A stretch of DNA of 57,256 bases from a virus. Numbering within the stretch: position 1 is the stretch's first letter; each line of letters begins with the position of its first letter. The stretch is taken from positions 1 to 57,256 of IMG/VR virus record IMGVR_UViG_3300025294_000007; one strand, 5' to 3'. This document shows positions 52,051-57,256 of the stretch, in pieces. The position numbers were made by a program, and so were the translations under genes. Below the pieces are notes generated by a model. The model did no database searches, was not told where the DNA came from, and saw only the letters and a list, made by a program, of their open reading frames with translations.

Positions 52051-52629
52051 CTACACCACCTCAACTAAATCGACACTGTATGTTTGCCAGTCACCGACGC
52101 TCATCTCTGCATTAGTTGTATCAATCACAACATTACTACGAGCTACTTTAGCACCTTTTTTATATGCATTTTTAAGTTCCTGAACTTTAAGAGTATCTGT
52201 GCCTACCTCAGTAATAGTAACGTCTTCGCTGTTTTCATCATCAAAAATAGTGACTTGAGAAAGGGCTATAAATCCCTCTGTACTAGCGACTCTTAAAGTA
52301 GTTCTGCCTACAGCAACAGCTTCGATAATTTCTGTTGTTGTTTTGTCTAGTACCATTCTAGTAGCAGCACCATCAAAGGCATCAAAGAAACTACCTCCGT
52401 TACCAGGAGCACGACCGTCAATGTCAAGTTGAGCCTGCAATCGTTTAACTGTTGTCTCTAATTTGATAATATACTCGTATGCTCCGTAAACTCCGTCTTC
52501 TATATTGTTAGCACGTTTTTGATTAAAGCGTGTACCCTCTTGTATGATTTGTCCGGTCGTCACATCTTTGATTTGGTCGTACCAAACTGTCTTAATATAC
52601 GGATTTACTTTACGTCCTAATGTAGTCAT
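52051..52629 (-). CDS. Tail fibre adaptor / upper fibre protein (XkdV position), 192 aa
   Basis: Gene order. The C-terminal ..GDWQTYSVDLVEVV junction is reused at 43081..43125. Confidence 0.55.
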   Translation of the reverse strand: MTTLGRKVNPYIKTVWYDQIKDVTTGQIIQEGTRFNQKRANNIEDGVYGAYEYIIKLETTVKRLQAQLDIDGRAPGNGGSFFDAFDGAATRMVLDKTTTEIIEAVAVGRTTLRVASTEGFIALSQVTIFDDENSEDVTITEVGTDTLKVQELKNAYKKGAKVARSNVVIDTTNAEMSVGDWQTYSVDLVEVV

Positions 52630-52928
52630 TGCATACCCTCCTTAATCTCAATTTTTATCGCAAATACAATTACTAATCCGTCTTTCCCTTTTTCAACAAC
52701 TGTATTGTAAGTTTGTAGTTCACGCCCCATAGAATCCACAAGTTTTGCAGATGTAATTGATCCCGTTTCATTATCTAAGTAAACGAAATGTTTAATAGTG
52801 TCGCCCGTTTGTAACGTATTCAATAGTGAATACTCTCTTGATACGCCGCCAATTGTAACGACTGCTTTCGCTCCTAATCTCTTAATAGATTCCAATATTG
52901 CGCTTTTATATAACGCTTGTATCGCCAT
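52626..52928 (-). CDS. Small baseplate/fibre-associated protein, 100 aa (start at ATG 52928, overlapping the upstream stop)
   Basis: ATG follows GGGGGTG. The ORF-track start at 52961 is inside the upstream gene. Confidence 0.45.
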   Translation of the reverse strand: MAIQALYKSAILESIKRLGAKAVVTIGGVSREYSLLNTLQTGDTIKHFVYLDNETGSITSAKLVDSMGRELQTYNTVVEKGKDGLVIVFAIKIEIKEGMQ

Positions 52929-53575
52929 TAGTACACCCCCTGTGCTTCGAACTCTCCGCATATTAAATAAGGCACGTTAAAGTCGTATTCATCCGACTTA
53001 CCACTAACTGAAAGGCCTATGCCAATACCGTTTGCATCGTCTGTTGTAAATTCTCCGCAAATAAGATACGGTACATCGAACGCATACTCTGAGCTTCTTA
53101 AAGTGATTAAGTCCTCTATTGTACCAGTAACGTCAAATTGCAGATGGGCAGGCTTATACGTTGCAATGTCGGTATTTAACTCCGTTAATGCAATTCCGTT
53201 TTGCAAAGGTATGTTAACGATAACAACGCCAGGCTCCGGTAACTCAGTTAATGTCGCGTCTTTATGCGGTACGTGAGAATTAATAATAGCCAACATATTA
53301 ACGAATGTAGCTGGCGCAGCACCACGCAATTTCGCTAGTATCTGAGACCGCCTGGATTCGATGGAGCTATTCGGCTTTGGACTTACCGCCAATATGCGTT
53401 CCCACTCACGTAATCCCCAAGTTGCTGTGCTAGCGTTAAATTGTAGTAACAAGTCATCTATACTTGCATTTAGGCGCATAAACTCTGCATCTTCTACTTT
53501 TAATAGTTCGCTAGATTCGAGAAGCTCGTCGTAATATGAAGGTACGTAGTCAATTAATTTACGATCGTACTTCAT
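52928..53575 (-). CDS. XkdU/YmfQ-like (DUF2313) baseplate protein, 215 aa
   Basis: IDYVPSYYDE...LLLQFNASTATWGLREWERILAV. The C-terminal EY(A/D)F(D/N)VPYLICGEF motif is duplicated. Confidence 0.7.
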   Translation of the reverse strand: MKYDRKLIDYVPSYYDELLESSELLKVEDAEFMRLNASIDDLLLQFNASTATWGLREWERILAVSPKPNSSIESRRSQILAKLRGAAPATFVNMLAIINSHVPHKDATLTELPEPGVVIVNIPLQNGIALTELNTDIATYKPAHLQFDVTGTIEDLITLRSSEYAFDVPYLICGEFTTDDANGIGIGLSVSGKSDEYDFNVPYLICGEFEAQGVY

Positions 53576-54635
53576 TGATATTCACCGCCCCTAAAACAGC
53601 GACTTCTTCGTCAGAAATTTCGATATTTGCAATATCACCATTAACTGTAAGATTCTCGTAATCGACGATTTGTGGAATAGCTAAGAGAATGGCGGCGATT
53701 CGATTGTATCTGACTGTGGGGTCTTTAAACGCTAAAGGTTCTAAGTATTCGTTTAAAGCCTTTTCAATAGCCACCAGCACTTCGCTGATAGTCGCATCAA
53801 TAGAGAGCGTTAAATCCACGTCAATATTAATTGATATTTCTGTAGCTCCTACGACAGTGACGCGAGCACCAACAGGACGTTCTTCTTCAATTTTTGTTAT
53901 AGATTCGTCAATGACGGTTTGCGAAGGTGTTCGCTTATCGTCGCTAAGTAAAACGACTTTAACTGTGTTGGGACCGTTCCAAGTCGGGTAAACTCGTACC
54001 GCACCAACGCCAGATACTCCACGTGCCCATTGCTCGTAATGATAAACATTGCCTGACGTTGCAGGCTTGCGGACTTTATCGTAAACACGCTGTAATAAGG
54101 ATTCGTCTGATTCTTTATCTACTCCGTTATCAAACGCTGATTCGTTTTTGACGGTAAGTACACCGGCAAGGTCGCCCACAACGGTATTTATTTCATCTGA
54201 CCTAACATTTCCGCTAATTCCGCCAAGCTCTGCCTCAACAGTGACTTTTGTAGTTTCTTGCGTTAATGTTACGTCGTTAAGCACATTAAAGTACACGCCG
54301 TTGTCTGTTCGTACTTGCATATCTTTTGGGATAAACTGACCAATCTGTCCAGTAAACGTAACTTCGCCTTTTGCTGCAACAGGAGACTTACGATCAATAC
54401 CAAGATCTGATGCTGCCATTGTTAATAAATCTGATGGCATATCTTCGTTGAGGAAAGCGTAACTCAATGTCCTATCTAGCGCTATATATGCTTGCGCGAA
54501 TTCTTGCGCCGCAGGGTCGGATAAATCATAAGCAATCGAGCCTTGTCGCTTATCTACCTCTGGTACTATAGCGTCTAATAAACGTTCTAAAATTGCTGAT
54601 TCTGTTTGCTCGCTAAATTGCGGTGTTATCGCCAT
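53559..54635 (-). CDS. Baseplate J-like protein (XkdT-like), 358 aa
   Basis: Size, position and N-terminal ..ILERLLDAIV..DKRQGS. Confidence 0.7.
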   Translation of the reverse strand: MAITPQFSEQTESAILERLLDAIVPEVDKRQGSIAYDLSDPAAQEFAQAYIALDRTLSYAFLNEDMPSDLLTMAASDLGIDRKSPVAAKGEVTFTGQIGQFIPKDMQVRTDNGVYFNVLNDVTLTQETTKVTVEAELGGISGNVRSDEINTVVGDLAGVLTVKNESAFDNGVDKESDESLLQRVYDKVRKPATSGNVYHYEQWARGVSGVGAVRVYPTWNGPNTVKVVLLSDDKRTPSQTVIDESITKIEEERPVGARVTVVGATEISINIDVDLTLSIDATISEVLVAIEKALNEYLEPLAFKDPTVRYNRIAAILLAIPQIVDYENLTVNGDIANIEISDEEVAVLGAVNINEVRS

Positions 54636-55075
54636 TATAAAGTCACCTCCTCCGTAATAAATAGTCCTGTAGCCGTAATAACCGTTACCGCAATTAAGAT
54701 ACTGTCGGAATTATACTGCATCACAGTTACGTCGGATACTTCCTCGATACGGTCGTCTCCTTTGATAGCATCTCGTACTACTCGAGGAATCTCTACGTCC
54801 ATAAGTGCTTTTGTTAAATTCTGTCCGATTAAATCGTGTAATTCTTCGCCATACGTGTCGTCATAAATAAGATAACGATTACGCGCTGTTATAAGTACTT
54901 TTCGGATATATTGACGTATAGCTTCGTTGCCGTCGATAAAAGTACCGATACGTCCGTTTTCTAGGTCGATACGCCAAGTTTTAGACGTTTCTATTTCGGG
55001 TAATGCCTCCGATTCTAAATCGAGCCCATCTTCTTCCTCCGCCAGTATTTCGTATTCAATCGGTGTTAGCGACAT
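54635..55075 (-). CDS. XkdS-like (DUF2634, gp25-like) baseplate wedge protein, 146 aa
   Basis: WRIDLENGRIGTFIDGNEAIRQYIRKVLITARNRYLIYDDTYG. Confidence 0.65.
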   Translation of the reverse strand: MSLTPIEYEILAEEEDGLDLESEALPEIETSKTWRIDLENGRIGTFIDGNEAIRQYIRKVLITARNRYLIYDDTYGEELHDLIGQNLTKALMDVEIPRVVRDAIKGDDRIEEVSDVTVMQYNSDSILIAVTVITATGLFITEEVTL

Positions 55076-55076
55076 A

Positions 55077-55388
55077 TTAAACCACCGCCTTATCTAGAAC
55101 ATATACGACCTGGCCATCGTTTGCTATCACTACGATAACGGAATCTCCAACTTTCAAATCGCAACTAAATATCGCCTCTGCTCCGTTGATAGTGCGTTTA
55201 TGTTCTGTTAAATATTCAGCTACGATAATGCCTTCGACTGGCGTATCGATTGAGTCACCGTCAACTTGTACGGCAATAGTCGGAGGCAATGCTTTAATTG
55301 TTGCGAGTTTAATTTCGATTCCGGACGATCCCGAACCTCCTCCCAAAAGTTGATATAAACGAGACGCGCCACTTCCTTCCATTGTCAC
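55077..55388 (-). CDS. XkdR-like (DUF2577) baseplate protein, 103 aa
   Basis: Size and order between the XkdQ-like and XkdS-like genes. Confidence 0.55.
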   Translation of the reverse strand: MTMEGSGASRLYQLLGGGSGSSGIEIKLATIKALPPTIAVQVDGDSIDTPVEGIIVAEYLTEHKRTINGAEAIFSCDLKVGDSVIVVIANDGQVVYVLDKAVV

Positions 55389-56461
55389 TTTTTAGCTGCC
55401 TCCTTTTTCTTCTCGGCTTCGAGCGCCTTTTTAGAAGTTTTCTTTTTCTTTTTATCTTTGACTACTTCGGGTTTTAAATCGTCTGCACTTATATCTATGT
55501 CTGGTAAATCATAAGTGCGGCTAAGTTCGAGCGACATCAAATGATTCTCGGAATATGTGTGTTTTACCGAGGTTACATAAAATGCACCATAAATGCCAGT
55601 CATGGCGTTTTTAATATAAACAGGTGTACCGACATCGACCTCCGGAACGCCTAAAACATCAACTTGATACTGCTCGTCAATAACGCCTTTTTGCTTCATT
55701 AACGCATCAGCTCGTTGCTTTATCTGAGAAGCCGTAGCTTTTTCGTCCATTGTTTCAAGTGCTTGCATAACTCCGAATCGCTGTCGAAGCTTCTCGTTCT
55801 TAGCGACAACCGATTTCTCCTTACCTTTTTCACCGCCAATTACTTTGACTTGTGTAATCGTATCCTCGATAGATGATTTGAAAGATGCGCTAATTAAGTT
55901 CGCTCCGTCTTTAAAAACGTACTTGGTGTCAGCCTTTGCACCTTCTTTTAGCGTCAGGCTACCACCATCATTTCCGATGAAAAATCGCTTGCCAGTTTGC
56001 CCCTGCGTAAGCTTTAACGCAGTAACGACCATATCGAAAAGCGTCTTATTAGACATACGTAAGTAAGGAATAACGTAGCCTGTATCAGCAATTTTGCCCG
56101 TCTTGATACCGAAGTCTTTCGCTAACATCGTAATGATTTCGGAAGCTTTTTTGTTCTTGAATATCCGAGAGTCATTCGATTTCGTAAGATAAACGTTACT
56201 ATCGTAAGCCGTCAAAGTGACGTTACCGTCGCTATTTACTTCGTGGGAAAACACAACTCCAACAAAGAGTAATTTATTATCAATACGTAGGGAAATACGA
56301 CTGCCTTCGCTTATTCGGAAAAGTGGAGTACGTCCATCTTTAGTTACAATCGCGTTGACACTTAACTGCCGATTAAATTTCGAGGTGTCTCCGGACAAAT
56401 CAGCGGATATTACCATTTCGGATATATCGTAAGTGCCGTTAATTAAAATACGTAAATTCAT
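55385..56461 (-). CDS. XkdQ-like / late-control-D-like baseplate hub protein, 358 aa
   Basis: Size and order. C-terminal Lys-rich tail. Confidence 0.6.
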   Translation of the reverse strand: MNLRILINGTYDISEMVISADLSGDTSKFNRQLSVNAIVTKDGRTPLFRISEGSRISLRIDNKLLFVGVVFSHEVNSDGNVTLTAYDSNVYLTKSNDSRIFKNKKASEIITMLAKDFGIKTGKIADTGYVIPYLRMSNKTLFDMVVTALKLTQGQTGKRFFIGNDGGSLTLKEGAKADTKYVFKDGANLISASFKSSIEDTITQVKVIGGEKGKEKSVVAKNEKLRQRFGVMQALETMDEKATASQIKQRADALMKQKGVIDEQYQVDVLGVPEVDVGTPVYIKNAMTGIYGAFYVTSVKHTYSENHLMSLELSRTYDLPDIDISADDLKPEVVKDKKKKKTSKKALEAEKKKEAAKK

Positions 56462-57123
56462 ACAGGTATCACCAACTTTTGTCCAGGATAGATTTTATCT
56501 GGATTCTTGCCGATCGTCTTCTTATTAGCCTCGTAAATCTTGTTCCATTTAGCGCCATCGCCATATTTTGCTTTCGCAATTTTCCACAAGGAGTCGCCTT
56601 TCACAACGACATAAGTAGTCGGCTTTTTATCTGCAGTTTGTGTTTGCTTCGCGGGAGTAGTCGTTGTTTTACCTTTACTGTCCGTAATCAACTGCTTGGC
56701 GGTAAATGGTCGATGCTCTACTAAAGTAATCGAGTAATAGACATCCCCAGGTGCGCCAGCCTTTTCCGGCTCTAAGTCGAATGATTCAACGAATACCGGA
56801 ACGCTAATCGGAGTGCCTGTGATAATTAAGCGTAAGTTTAGGCGCGTATCTCGCCACTTTTCGATTTGCTCGACCCATTTCCACGGATCCATAAATCCGT
56901 CATACTCGCAATAAGTGGGGTTGTAATCGCGAGGAAAGAACGAACTAAACGAATACTTCTTCAACCCTCGCTCGCCAGGAACAATAATATCGCCGAGACT
57001 AGCGATTTTTACTGTCGTGAAATCGAAAGGAGACTCGCGACTAACTACTTCCGGATTTACTGGAAACTGCTTATAAACGTTATGACGATCCTTAAGCCAT
57101 ATAGCAATAGCATTCTTAGCCAA
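56458..57123 (-). CDS. LysM-domain tail protein (XkdP-like), about 221 aa (start moved to TTG 57123; the ORF-track start 57144 lies upstream of the SD)
   Basis: C-terminal LysM YVVVKGDSLWKIAKAKYGDGAKWNKIYEANKKTIGKNPDKIYPGQKLVIP. AAGGAGAG lies 8 nt upstream of TTG 57123, which overlaps the tape measure stop. Confidence 0.75.
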   Translation of the reverse strand: MAKNAIAIWLKDRHNVYKQFPVNPEVVSRESPFDFTTVKIASLGDIIVPGERGLKKYSFSSFFPRDYNPTYCEYDGFMDPWKWVEQIEKWRDTRLNLRLIITGTPISVPVFVESFDLEPEKAGAPGDVYYSITLVEHRPFTAKQLITDSKGKTTTTPAKQTQTADKKPTTYVVVKGDSLWKIAKAKYGDGAKWNKIYEANKKTIGKNPDKIYPGQKLVIPV

Positions 57124-57256
57124 CTTGAACTCTCTCCTTTTCAATTAATTTCGCTAGACTAAACGCAATCTTCTCGATGTCTGCTTCTTCGCGAACAGTG
57201 AATGAGTTGCCGGTAACTAAGACTCCACCGCCGGTCCCGCCGCCGTTGCCTTCAGA
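57116..57256 (-). CDS. 3' end of the tape measure gene (mostly the duplicated overlap copy)
   Basis: Same frame as 1..2212 after joining 57129 to base 1. Stop TAA at 57118..57116 overlaps the TTG (57123..57121) of the next gene. Confidence 0.8.
   Translation of the reverse strand, partial: SEGNGGGTGGGVLVTGNSFTVREEADIEKIAFSLAKLIEKERVQVG
57130..57256. repeat. Second copy of the 127-nt terminal overlap
   Basis: Identical to 1..127. Confidence 0.95.

Overview
The window is a complete, circularly closed phage genome. The first 127 nt (1..127) are repeated exactly at 57130..57256, which leaves about 57,129 bp of unique sequence.

The phage has a contractile tail and comes from a low-GC Firmicute. 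The host is probably a Bacillus cereus-group species. I infer this from GGAGG-type ribosome-binding sites (SD), PBSX-type Xkd/XhlA tail and lysis genes, a phBC6A51-type HTH protein and a PlyL/PlyG-like amidase.

Almost every gene is on the minus strand. In window order the modules are:
- Tail: tape measure (wraps around the window ends), tail chaperone pair with a -1 frameshift, tube, sheath.
- Head: connectors, capsid, scaffold.
- A MuF head protein fused to an EndoU-like toxin, followed by an immunity-like gene.
- Packaging: portal, HNH endonuclease, large terminase.
- An early/control region (15.5-19.9 kb).
- Nucleotide metabolism: ThyX, dUTPase, PhoH, NrdEFI.
- Replication and recombination: RuvC-like, Cas4-like nuclease, PolA, gp2.5-like SSB, primase, DnaB, DnaC-like.
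- An ectopic locus with two BNR-propeller fibre genes.
- Plasmid-type maintenance: Rep-like wHTH protein and actin-like ParM/ParR with upstream iterons.
- Lysis: amidase, holin, XhlA.
- PBSX-type baseplate and fibre genes.

I found no integrase, recombinase, tRNA or CRISPR array. Together with the partition genes, this suggests lysogeny as a plasmid prophage.

Signals most worth a second look:
1. Two paralogous, inverted three-gene cassettes flank a palindromic iteron array. Each begins with a Hol-Tox/TxpA-like peptide gene faced by a predicted antisense RNA of about 75 nt, which makes them candidate type I toxin-antitoxin modules.
2. The leader of the Rep-like gene looks like an antisense-RNA/attenuator control region.
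3. The MuF-EndoU toxin and immunity pair.
4. Three fibre paralogues share a C-terminal module of about 320 aa, and recombination scars sit at a conserved ...VEVV-stop/ATG junction.

All functional calls rest on motifs recognised by eye and on gene order. No database search was run.
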